Of a stretch of 32,000 bases of DNA, positions 7,433-15,079 are shown piece by piece; within the stretch, counting starts at the first letter, position 1; every line of letters starts with the position of its first letter. The translations under genes were made by a program, and so were the position numbers. This DNA is from Candidatus Hadarchaeales archaeon. Lineage in GTDB: Archaea; Hadarchaeota; Hadarchaeia; Hadarchaeales; Hadarchaeaceae. Below the pieces are notes generated by a model. The model was not told where the DNA came from and ran no database searches. It saw only the letters and a program-made list of their open reading frames with translations. The stretch covers positions 56,592 to 88,591 of the forward strand of contig JAWBCC010000004.1 of NCBI GenBank assembly GCA_038823825.1. Direction: 5' to 3'.

Positions 7433-9511
7433 ATGGCAATAGAAAAAGTCAGAAAGAGGGATGGAAGGCTGGAGGATTTCGACCAGAAGAAGATTACGGT
7501 TGCGATTCACAGAGCTCTGGTTGCTCTCGGAAAAAAGAACGGAAAATTATCCCGCAAGATTTCCAACGAAGTTGTGCGGATCTTGGAAAAGAAATTCGAG
7601 ATACCTTCGGTCGAAGACATCCAAAATGTTGTTGTCGAGGTTTTGAAAAAGGAGGGTTTGGAAGACGTAGCAAGAGAATACGAGATATACAGGAAAAAGA
7701 AGGCGGAGCTTCGCGAACTCAGAAAGAAATTCGGACTTGATGCCGAACCAAAACTAACAGTCAACGCATTGGAAGTGCTACGTGAGCGTTATCTCCTGAA
7801 AGACGAGAATGGAAACATAATCGAAACTCCTGCACAGATGTTCAGCAGGGTAGCGAAAGCGATAGCAGAAGTGGACAGAAAATTCGGAGAAGATCCAGAA
7901 AAGACCTATGAGGAATTTTTCAAGGCGATGAGCAGACTTGAGTTTCTTCCAAACTCCCCTACCCTTTTCAATGCTGGTACGCCGATGGGCCAACTAAGTG
8001 CTTGTTTTGTCATACCGGTTGAGGATTCTCTCGACAGCATTTTCAGAGCTGTGCATCAGACTGCCCTAATAGAACAGACTGGTGGAGGCGTTGGCTTCAG
8101 CTTCTCTAAGCTGAGACCGAAGGGCGACGTTGTGAAATCTACCAAGGGTATCGCGTCTGGACCGGTTTCATTCATGCGAGTTTTCGACACAGCCACAGAC
8201 GTCATAAAAGCCGGTGGAAAAAGGCGTGGAGCGATGATGGCCGTCCTTAGTGTTGATCATCCAGACGTGGAAGAGTTTATCGCAGCCAAAAGTAATCCAA
8301 ATTTTCTTACAAATTTTAATCTTTCCGTTGCTGTGACGGACAAGTTTATGCGAGCGGTTCTCACAGACGGATGGCATGAGTTGATTAACCCTAGAACTGG
8401 AAATGTCGTCAGAAGAGTCAGAGCTAGGAAAATATGGAAAATGATTATTAAGAACGCCTGGAAAACCGGTGATCCCGGTCTCGTCTTCATTGACGAGGTG
8501 AATAGGAAGAATCCTACACCATCGCTTGGGCGAATAGAAGCCACAAACCCATGCGGGGAAGTTCCCTTGCTACCTTATGAATCCTGCAACTTGGGAAGCG
8601 TTAACCTAAGTAGAATGGTAGAGAACGGAGAGATAAATTGGGAGAAGTTAGAAAAAACAGTTGAACTCGGCGTACACTTCCTTGACAACGTCATCGATGC
8701 AAACAGATATCCAATTCCCGAGATCGAACGGATGACAAAAGCAAATAGAAAAATCGGACTTGGCGTCATGGGGTGGGCAGAGTGTCTCATCAAGATGTCA
8801 ATCCCGTACGACTCCAAGAAGGCCATCAGACTGGGCGAGAAGGTTATGCGATTCATCTCTGAAACTGCAAGGAGGAAATCCGCAGAGCTGGGTGAAAAGA
8901 GGGGAAGCTTCCCGAACTTCGAATTAAGCATATGGGCTAAGAAATATTCCGCGATGAGAAACGCCACGGTGACGGCAATTGCCCCTACCGGAAGCATATC
9001 GATCATCGCTGGATGTTCTTCGAGTATAGAGCCTCTCTTCGCGATAGCTTTCATAAGAAGGGTTCTCGGAGGAAAGACTTTGCTGGAGATAAATCCGCTC
9101 TTTGAAAAAATAGCAAAGGAAAGAAAATTCTATAGCGGAGAGCTTTTGCAGAAAATCGCGAGAACCGGTTCTATTCAGAATCTACGCGAGATTCCGGCGG
9201 ATGTCCGGGAAATCTTCAAGACGGCACTGGACATTTCTCCAGAGTGGCACATAAGGATGCAAGCGGCTTTTCAGAAGCATACGGATAATGCCGTCTCCAA
9301 AACTGTGAACCTGCCGGCAGATGCAACGGAAAAAGATGTTGAAAAGTGCTTCATGCTTGCTTGGAAGCTCAAATGTAAGGGCATAACAGTTTATCGTTAT
9401 GGGAGTAAGCCCCAGCAGGTTCTATACTTCGCTGAGGATTTGAGATATCTAACGGCGGACTCGGAGTATGCCGGTGGATGTATAACTGGAACATGTCCAT
9501 TCCCGGGGTGA
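7433..9511 (+). CDS. nrdJ: Class II (adenosylcobalamin-dependent) ribonucleoside-triphosphate/diphosphate reductase with N-terminal ATP-cone
   Basis: The ORF runs 7418-9511; ATG 7433 gives MAIEKVRKRDGRLEDFDQKKI (ATP-cone). Catalytic motif EATNPCGEVPLLPYESCNLGS and a Cys-rich C-terminal tail. A single chain of about 690 aa with no glycyl-radical motif. Confidence 0.88.
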   Translation: MAIEKVRKRDGRLEDFDQKKITVAIHRALVALGKKNGKLSRKISNEVVRILEKKFEIPSVEDIQNVVVEVLKKEGLEDVAREYEIYRKKKAELRELRKKFGLDAEPKLTVNALEVLRERYLLKDENGNIIETPAQMFSRVAKAIAEVDRKFGEDPEKTYEEFFKAMSRLEFLPNSPTLFNAGTPMGQLSACFVIPVEDSLDSIFRAVHQTALIEQTGGGVGFSFSKLRPKGDVVKSTKGIASGPVSFMRVFDTATDVIKAGGKRRGAMMAVLSVDHPDVEEFIAAKSNPNFLTNFNLSVAVTDKFMRAVLTDGWHELINPRTGNVVRRVRARKIWKMIIKNAWKTGDPGLVFIDEVNRKNPTPSLGRIEATNPCGEVPLLPYESCNLGSVNLSRMVENGEINWEKLEKTVELGVHFLDNVIDANRYPIPEIERMTKANRKIGLGVMGWAECLIKMSIPYDSKKAIRLGEKVMRFISETARRKSAELGEKRGSFPNFELSIWAKKYSAMRNATVTAIAPTGSISIIAGCSSSIEPLFAIAFIRRVLGGKTLLEINPLFEKIAKERKFYSGELLQKIARTGSIQNLREIPADVREIFKTALDISPEWHIRMQAAFQKHTDNAVSKTVNLPADATEKDVEKCFMLAWKLKCKGITVYRYGSKPQQVLYFAEDLRYLTADSEYAGGCITGTCPFPG

Positions 9512-9516
9512 ATTTG

Positions 9517-10026
9517 ATGGTTGTTTTCGTCTACACTGGGACCGGTGGTGGAAAAACAACGGCGGCACTTGGGGTAGCTCTAAGGGCTATTGGCCACGGA
9601 AAAAAAGTTGTGGTGGTCCAGTTCATGAAATGGTGGAAAAACACTGGAGAATATAAAGCACAGAAAAAACTCAGACCAAACCTCGAAATCTATCAATTTG
9701 GAAGGCGCGGATGGATCGGCTTAAAGAATCTCGATGAGAGGGATAAAAGACTTGCCGAGAAGGGTTTGAAATTTGCAGAAAATGTTCTCAGAGAAAAAAG
9801 GCCAGACATCCTCATATTGGATGAGATAAACCTTGCCGTTCACTGCGGGCTACTGAAGATAGAAGATGTGGAAAATCTTTTGATGAAAGTTCCGCCCAAT
9901 GTTCATGTTTTTCTGACTGGCAGGTATGCGCCAAAGAGGCTTATGAGACTGGCTGATTTTGTCGTGGAAGTAAGGAACAGAAAGAAACCGAAGGAAATAA
10001 AACCTATCAAGGGTGTAAACTATTAA
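9517..10026 (+). CDS. cobO: Cob(I)yrinic acid a,c-diamide / cob(I)alamin adenosyltransferase (CobA/CobO/BtuR family)
   Basis: ATG at 9517, 5 nt after the nrdJ stop. MVVFVYTGTGGGKTTAALGVALRAIGHGKKVVVVQFMK P-loop, then ILILDEINLA and FLTGRYAP motifs typical of the family. Confidence 0.8.
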   Translation: MVVFVYTGTGGGKTTAALGVALRAIGHGKKVVVVQFMKWWKNTGEYKAQKKLRPNLEIYQFGRRGWIGLKNLDERDKRLAEKGLKFAENVLREKRPDILILDEINLAVHCGLLKIEDVENLLMKVPPNVHVFLTGRYAPKRLMRLADFVVEVRNRKKPKEIKPIKGVNY

Positions 10027-10057
10027 TGCTTCAAACGGAAGGAGTTGGAGGGCGAAT

Positions 10058-10423
10058 ATGGCGAAACCGACTGGACCGACAAATCCCATCTTGAGGAAGC
10101 TTATAAGAGACCTGAGGAAGCTGGCGAAAGAAAGAAAGGCGAGAATATGGGAGGATGTGGCTGACAGGCTTGAGATGCCAAGAAGAGCGAGACCGGAGGT
10201 AAACCTGAGTCAGATCAACAGATACGCGGATGGTGGGGAAACAGTGGTGGTGCCTGGAAAAGTTCTTGCGGCCGGGAGATTGACAAAGTCGGTGACTGTA
10301 GCGGCTTTCAAGTTTTCTAAAAGTGCGATAAAGAAGATAGTGGAAGCCGGTGGAAGAGCGATAACGATAAAGCAGTTGATGGAGGAGAATCCGGACGGAA
10401 AGCGAGTGAGGCTGATGATATGA
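10058..10423 (+). CDS. rpl18e: Ribosomal protein L18e
   Basis: 121-aa ORF: MAKPTGPTNPILRKLIRDLRK...VVVPGKVLAAGRL. First gene of the conserved L18e-L13-S9-RpoN cluster. Confidence 0.88.
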   Translation: MAKPTGPTNPILRKLIRDLRKLAKERKARIWEDVADRLEMPRRARPEVNLSQINRYADGGETVVVPGKVLAAGRLTKSVTVAAFKFSKSAIKKIVEAGGRAITIKQLMEENPDGKRVRLMI

Positions 10424-10851
10424 GCAGATTAATAATCGATGCTACCGACGCCATCCTCGGAAGATTGGCTAGCTATGTCGCAAAGGAACTTCTCAGAGGA
10501 AGCCACGTGGATATAGTGAACGCTGAAAAAGCTGTGATCTCCGGGAGGAGAGAGAACATATTTGAAGAATATAAAGCATGGATGGAAACGAGACAACTGG
10601 CGAACCCGAGGAGAGGTCCTTTCCATCCGAGATATCCGGAGGAAATAGTTAGATTGGCGATCAGAGGAATGCTTCCCTATAAAAAGCCGAAGGGGAGAGA
10701 GGCTTTCAAAAGGTTGCGTGTCTATCGGGGAGTTCCGGAGCACTTGGCAGGCAAAGAGATGTTAAGAGTGCCGGATGCGGATGCGAAGAAGCTTAAATGT
10801 AAACGCATAAAGGTGGAAGAGTTGAGTAGGTTTCTGGGGGCGAAAATTTGA
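10420..10851 (+). CDS. rpl13: Ribosomal protein uL13
   Basis: 143-aa ORF: IIDATDAILGRLASYVAKELLRG...MLPYKKPKGREAFKRLRVYRGVP. ATGA overlap with rpl18e. Confidence 0.9.
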   Translation: MSRLIIDATDAILGRLASYVAKELLRGSHVDIVNAEKAVISGRRENIFEEYKAWMETRQLANPRRGPFHPRYPEEIVRLAIRGMLPYKKPKGREAFKRLRVYRGVPEHLAGKEMLRVPDADAKKLKCKRIKVEELSRFLGAKI

Positions 10852-11246
10852 AGACAGTAATAGCGACGGGACGAAGAAAGAGGGCTTTGGCGAGGGCTGT
10901 TGTTAGAAGTGGAAGCGGGCGGGTCTTTATAAACGGAAAGCCTGTGGAGACAATCGAGCCGGAGCTTGCTAGACTGAAGATTATGGAGCCTCTCATGCTT
11001 GTTCCCGAACTAGGGGGCAAAGTCGACATAGAAGTGAAGGTTGAGGGTGGCGGGGTTATGGGACAAGCGGAAGCTGTCAGAACGGCAATCGCGCGGGGCC
11101 TTCTCCAGTTCTTTGAGGATCAACAATTAAGGGAGAAATTTAAGCAATATGACTGGACGCTCGTGAAGAGTGACACGAGGTTCAAGGAGCCGAAGAAGCC
11201 GGGTGGACCGGGAGCGAGAGCGAAGTTCCAGAAGAGCTACAGGTGA
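10848..11246 (+). CDS. rps9: Ribosomal protein uS9
   Basis: 132-aa ORF with TTG start: ATGRRKRALARAVVRSGSGRVFINGKP...ARAKFQKSYR. Confidence 0.9.
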   Translation: MKTVIATGRRKRALARAVVRSGSGRVFINGKPVETIEPELARLKIMEPLMLVPELGGKVDIEVKVEGGGVMGQAEAVRTAIARGLLQFFEDQQLREKFKQYDWTLVKSDTRFKEPKKPGGPGARAKFQKSYR

Positions 11247-11446
11247 TTTGCGTGAGACCTATACGCTGTTTCACATGTGGAAAGGTTCTGGGAGACAAGT
11301 TTGCGGAATTTGAAGAAAGAGTGTCGAAAGGTGAGGATCCGAAAAAGGTTTTGGACGAGATGGGGATTGAGCGTTATTGCTGCAGAACCGTTATGATAAC
11401 GAGTGTGGACACTATCAGGGAAATAGCGAAGTTCAAGCGGGTTTGA
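11243..11446 (+). CDS. rpoN: DNA-directed RNA polymerase subunit N (Rpo10)
   Basis: 67-aa ORF with GTG start: PIRCFTCGKVLGDKF...RYCCR zinc-binding signature. Confidence 0.9.
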   Translation: MICVRPIRCFTCGKVLGDKFAEFEERVSKGEDPKKVLDEMGIERYCCRTVMITSVDTIREIAKFKRV

Positions 11447-11458
11447 AGGTGTTCTCGC

Positions 11459-12391
11459 TTGTATAAGGTGGAATTGATTTCACCCGACGAAAAGGATAGA
11501 CTTTTTGAGGAATATTCTGGAAGACTGCTCTATCAGGATAAAGCAAATATCTACGGTTGTTGCATAAAGCTTCTCACGGATGTGCGAAGATTTAAGGAAC
11601 AATGGGAAGATAACTTTTTCTTTATGGATGAAAACATCAGGTCGCATGGAAGGCTAATCGTGCTTGAGGAAGAAGGAGAGCCTCTGGTCAGGTATGACCC
11701 GTACACGAATACGGCGTTTGTGACCGGGATCTCTTACTATGGTTGGATAAAGAGCATAGCTTTGGCGATAGCTGGGGATATCCTGGAGGATGAGCATGGG
11801 ATTTATCACGTTCATGGTGGAGCGATTGACTTCGATGGAAAAGGTGTGGCGATAATAGCACCGCCGAAGACCGGGAAGACAACACACTCATTTGGTCTTC
11901 TTAGACTTCCTGAAAGCAGACTCGTCGCGGATGACTGGTTTTTCGTCAGGTTTTTCGAAAGAAGCGTTTTGGCTTTCGGGTCTGAAAAGAATTCATACGT
12001 TGAGGCGGACATCGCGGAAATCTGGCAGGAGTTCAGACCTCTTATAAAGGAGGCGGTGTTCGATGAGCGAGGAAGGGCGATAGTTAACGTTAGATGGATA
12101 GTCGGAAGGGGAGGTGTTGTGCCTATGACGACGATGAGGAAGATCATCATTCTTAAGAGAGACCCATCAGATCCCAAAGTTCATAGAAAGCTGGATGTTG
12201 AGGAGGCGTTAGACTTCCTTATTAGACATGATTTTTGTAATCCGCATCAGCTCGTCAGAGACGCAAGAAAAATTGAAATGAGGAGTAATTTTTTCAGAAG
12301 ACTGCTGGAGAGAACGGATGTTTACTTAGTAAATACTACTGGGTCACCACATGAGACTCACATGGAGATCGTGAAACTCGTGAAGTCCTGA
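11459..12391 (+). CDS. HPr-kinase C-terminal-domain-like P-loop protein of unknown function
   Basis: 310-aa ORF with a TTG start 13 nt after rpoN. HVHGGAIDFDGKGVAIIAPPKTGKTTHSFGLLRLPESRLVADDWFFV resembles the HprK/PEPCK-like P-loop core (hG..v...G.GvLi.G.sG.GKS..al.L...g..LvaDD). Confidence 0.5.
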   Translation: MYKVELISPDEKDRLFEEYSGRLLYQDKANIYGCCIKLLTDVRRFKEQWEDNFFFMDENIRSHGRLIVLEEEGEPLVRYDPYTNTAFVTGISYYGWIKSIALAIAGDILEDEHGIYHVHGGAIDFDGKGVAIIAPPKTGKTTHSFGLLRLPESRLVADDWFFVRFFERSVLAFGSEKNSYVEADIAEIWQEFRPLIKEAVFDERGRAIVNVRWIVGRGGVVPMTTMRKIIILKRDPSDPKVHRKLDVEEALDFLIRHDFCNPHQLVRDARKIEMRSNFFRRLLERTDVYLVNTTGSPHETHMEIVKLVKS

Positions 12392-12433
12392 TGATGAAAC
12401 AACGTAATAAGGTCGAGCCTTGTTTATTTTATG

Positions 12434-12511
12434 GGGGCCGTGGGGTAGCCTGGTCTAGCCTACCAGCTTGGGGTGCTGGCGACCTGGGTTCAAATCCCGG
12501 CGGCCCCACCA
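12434..12511 (+). tRNA. tRNA-Pro (anticodon GGG), CCA encoded
   Basis: Cloverleaf read by eye. Acceptor GGGGCCG/CGGCCCC; anticodon stem CCAGC/GCTGG with loop TTGGGGT; T-arm CTGGG-TTCAAAT-CCCGG; terminal ACCA. Confidence 0.88.
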
Positions 12512-12556
12512 CGTCATCGCATTAAAATCTTGACGAGAATCTTTTTTGGTGACTTG

Positions 12557-13783
12557 CTATCTGGGCGATTGTTTCCGACTCGTTGCGCTTTTAATCTTAA
12601 GAACATGCGCCACGCCGATTGGCGCGATTAGCGTTGTTAGTATCGCGACTACGACAAAAATTGATATATGAACATCTGTGAGAATACCGATTTCTAATCC
12701 TACTATCGCAAAGATCATATCAACAACTCCCCTGCTGTTCATTCCCCATCCCATTGCCAACGCTTCCTTTTTTTCAAATCCGAGCAGGCGTGACGCCCCA
12801 TAGATTCCGATCATCTTCCCGGCGAAAGCAGCCAGAGCAATTGCAACTAGGAGGATTGGATATTCAACAAAAACATTGAGGTTTACATGAAACGCAACGC
12901 TGACGATGAAAATCGGCGCAAAGAATCCATGACTGAGCGTGTGAAAGCGTGTGTAGAGATTTTCCGCTGCCTTTCCCAAAATCTCCTCTCTTAAGAGGAG
13001 TCCTGCAAGATAGGCTCCAACTATAAGATGAATTCCGATTTCATGCGCGATGCCGGCGATCAGAAGACCGAGGATGAGCGCAAATACAAAGCTTTTCTCT
13101 CCAGGTTCGCACATAAATTTTCCAATTTTCGGGTATAACCACCAGCCAAGGAGAAGAACGGCGGCAAAGAAAGCAGCCACGGTCAAAACAACCTTCACGA
13201 TATCTAGCACTCCAACCCCTCCGGCTGTCACTGCTTTAATCACAACTGAGAGAACCATGAAAGAAAGAATGTTGTCAACGATCGAGCTTCCCATCATTGC
13301 ATAGCCTATCTTAGTTCTGAGAAGGTTGAGATCGTCGAGCCATCTGACTTTAACTGCCATCGAGGTTCCGGAAATCGCAACCCCGACAAGGATCGCTGCC
13401 CACATCTCTCCGGTTATCCACCATGTGGCCAAGAATCCGAATATCAGAGGAAAAATCGTTCCGGATGTTCCCATTATCACAAAATGTTTCATTTTTCCCG
13501 CAAGCTGTTTTGGATCCGTCGTCAGACCGGCATGAAACATAAGGAAAAAAATTCCGAGAGTGGCCAAGAGATCCATTGCCGGAGTCCACTCAAAGATCGG
13601 TTTGCCGATCAGTCCTGTGACCTCTACACCTTTTATCACTCCACCCACTAGTCCGAGAACCGGGGGCCCGATGATTAGTCCTACCAGAATTTCTCCAACC
13701 AGCGGTGGTAATCTTAACCTTTCAAAAACGAGCCTGCCTACCCATCCTGCGGCTAGGATGAACAGGAGTGTGAATATTTCCAA
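12557..13783 (-). CDS. Cation/proton antiporter (CPA2, Kef/NapA-like Na+/H+ exchanger family)
   Basis: 408-aa polytopic membrane ORF. N-terminus LAAGWVGRLVFERLRLPPLVGEILVGLIIGP is typical of the Na_H_Exchanger family. Confidence 0.8.
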   Translation of the reverse strand: MEIFTLLFILAAGWVGRLVFERLRLPPLVGEILVGLIIGPPVLGLVGGVIKGVEVTGLIGKPIFEWTPAMDLLATLGIFFLMFHAGLTTDPKQLAGKMKHFVIMGTSGTIFPLIFGFLATWWITGEMWAAILVGVAISGTSMAVKVRWLDDLNLLRTKIGYAMMGSSIVDNILSFMVLSVVIKAVTAGGVGVLDIVKVVLTVAAFFAAVLLLGWWLYPKIGKFMCEPGEKSFVFALILGLLIAGIAHEIGIHLIVGAYLAGLLLREEILGKAAENLYTRFHTLSHGFFAPIFIVSVAFHVNLNVFVEYPILLVAIALAAFAGKMIGIYGASRLLGFEKKEALAMGWGMNSRGVVDMIFAIVGLEIGILTDVHISIFVVVAILTTLIAPIGVAHVLKIKSATSRKQSPR

Positions 13784-13855
13784 ACTCTAAACCTCCGGAT
13801 ACCCAAAAATATTGACGATTTTGTATAAAATCATTTCTTTGGAATTTTGCTTTGC

Positions 13856-14425
13856 TTAAACACCCGCTCGGACTTGTAGGCGTCTCAGAATTTCCGCCTT
13901 CCATCTCTGACAGGCTTCCTCGAGTATTTTGGCTGTCTCTTCATCAAGGAGAGATCTGCTGTCAACTTGCTGGATCCTTCTCTGGACTCTTCCCACATCC
14001 TCAAGAAGAGATTCTGAGGAAAGTCCGGAGGATTTTAGATTTTCCGTCAAAAAGTAAAGCTCCCTTGCAAGGGTTCCGGCAGCCGTTCTTCTTGCTTGTG
14101 ATGAGAGATAGATTATGTTGTAACCTAGCCAAAAGGCTCCTTTGTTGTCAACCATGTTTGCGAGTTTGGACCTCCAGGTGAAAGCCTGGGAGGAGATCTT
14201 TGAAGCTATTTCGAAGGTGGGCACACCTGAAATTCCGCTTAGTTCGGATGCAAGAGCTGTGGCTTCTTGGAAGACGTCCGAGAATTCTAGGCCCAGACGC
14301 CTCATGTTCTCCAGCAAGTAAAACAGTTCCTCACTCAGTTTTTTTGTATCGACAGAGGCCGGCATGAAACAGAGATAACCGATGTTATATCCAAGCCAGA
14401 AAGTTGAGGCGTTCAAAGGACTCAT
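13856..14425 (-). CDS. Uncharacterised protein with two tandem ~89-aa repeats (FWLGYNI(G/I)YL...EL(F/Y)(Y/F)L.EN...GL)
   Basis: I start it at ATG 14425 (MSPLNASTFWLGYNIGYL...), 5 nt after the upstream stop; the track's 262-aa form overlaps the upstream gene. The internal duplication is visible at residues 9 and 98. Confidence 0.5.
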   Translation of the reverse strand: MSPLNASTFWLGYNIGYLCFMPASVDTKKLSEELFYLLENMRRLGLEFSDVFQEATALASELSGISGVPTFEIASKISSQAFTWRSKLANMVDNKGAFWLGYNIIYLSSQARRTAAGTLARELYFLTENLKSSGLSSESLLEDVGRVQRRIQQVDSRSLLDEETAKILEEACQRWKAEILRRLQVRAGV

Positions 14426-14430
14426 TCTTT

Positions 14431-14718
14431 TCACCCATATGCGCAGTCTACTATCGGGTTTCCGTCGTGGAACCCATAAAATCCTCTCATGTTGTAACAA
14501 ATTAAGCATTTCCTGAACTCGAGCATCTTCTGGGCCATTGGACAGAAGACCCAGAGCTCCACCCGGACCTTCTCGTCCGAGATGGCGCACTTCACATCCG
14601 GATCGAGAACGTGGAATCCTTCCATTCCTTTGTGAAACTCGCACTTCATGCAGTCTTCCATGTCGACCGGGTTCTCGGAGATTGGACAGGCAACCTTGCG
14701 CAGAATTCTTATGTGCAA
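14431..14718 (-). CDS. Small Cys-rich protein (8 Cys), unknown function
   Basis: TTG at 14718 is preceded by GGAGGG 7 nt upstream; the alternative start is ATG 14661. Sequence: ...KVACPISENPVDMEDCMKCEFHKGMEGFHVLDPDVKCAISDEKVRVELWVFCPMAQKMLEFRKCLICYNMRGFYGFHDGNPIVDCAYG. The track's 168-aa form runs across tRNA-Glu and is rejected. Confidence 0.4.
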   Translation of the reverse strand: MHIRILRKVACPISENPVDMEDCMKCEFHKGMEGFHVLDPDVKCAISDEKVRVELWVFCPMAQKMLEFRKCLICYNMRGFYGFHDGNPIVDCAYG

Positions 14719-14798
14719 ATTTCTCCCTCCTACTAGTTTTTCAAAGCCTAAATTGGTTTCGAAGAATTTTATTAGGTTTGCGCTCGTGATATTTATTA

Positions 14799-14876
14799 GC
14801 CCCGGTGGTGTAGCCCGGACAATCATACAGCCCTTTCGAGGCTGCGACGCGGGTTCAAATCCCGCCCGGGGCACCA
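14799..14876 (+). tRNA. tRNA-Glu (anticodon UUC), CCA encoded
   Basis: Acceptor GCCCCGG/CCGGGGC; anticodon stem CAGCC/GGCTG with loop CTTTCGA; T-arm GCGGG-TTCAAAT-CCCGC; terminal ACCA. Confidence 0.88.
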
Positions 14877-14945
14877 GATCGATATGATTCGATTTTTCAT
14901 TTTTTCCAGGTCTTCGGCCTCCACGACCTTCCATCAAAAAAACAT

Positions 14946-14975
14946 AGTTTCGGTAAAAGGCGAAACGTTGAGAAC
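14946..14975 (+). repeat. Copy 1 of a ~30-nt direct repeat (AGTTTCGGTAAAAGGCGAAACGTTGAGAAC) shared with the CRISPR leader
   Basis: Matches 17390-17420 (AGTTTTCGGTAAAAGGCGAAACGTTGTGAAC) apart from one extra T and one A/T change. Contains the hairpin GTTTCG-N8-CGAAAC. Weaker similarity continues after a ~30-nt gap (AGTTCACGAAAT.. versus AGTTCACAAAGT..). Confidence 0.75.
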
Positions 14976-15079
14976 GTGTAAAAGTTCACGAAATATCACT
15001 GAAAAATTGGAGAGTAAAAATCAGCACAAGCATATCCACATTTATCACAGATAAGGATCTGCCTCTCAGCGAGATTCTA

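Noticed and set aside
12389-12400. TGATGATGA at the end of the HprK-like gene as a possible C box of a C/D box sRNA.
   Set aside because: No matching D box (CTGA) or terminal stem lies in the about 40 nt before tRNA-Pro. The motif is simply tandem stop codons.
14431-14937. 168-aa ORF form running across tRNA-Glu, and the 262-aa form of the neighbouring ORF (13856-14644).
   Set aside because: The long forms overlap each other and the tRNA gene on the opposite strand. Internal starts at 14718/14661 and 14425 give a compact non-overlapping two-gene arrangement.
14884-15054. 56-codon plus-strand ORF (MIRFFIFSRSSASTTFHQKNIVSVKGETLRTCKSS...) covering copy 1 of the repeat.
   Set aside because: It has no ribosome-binding signal. 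The reading frame is not preserved in the leader copy, which has an extra T. The composition is typical of AT-rich intergenic DNA.
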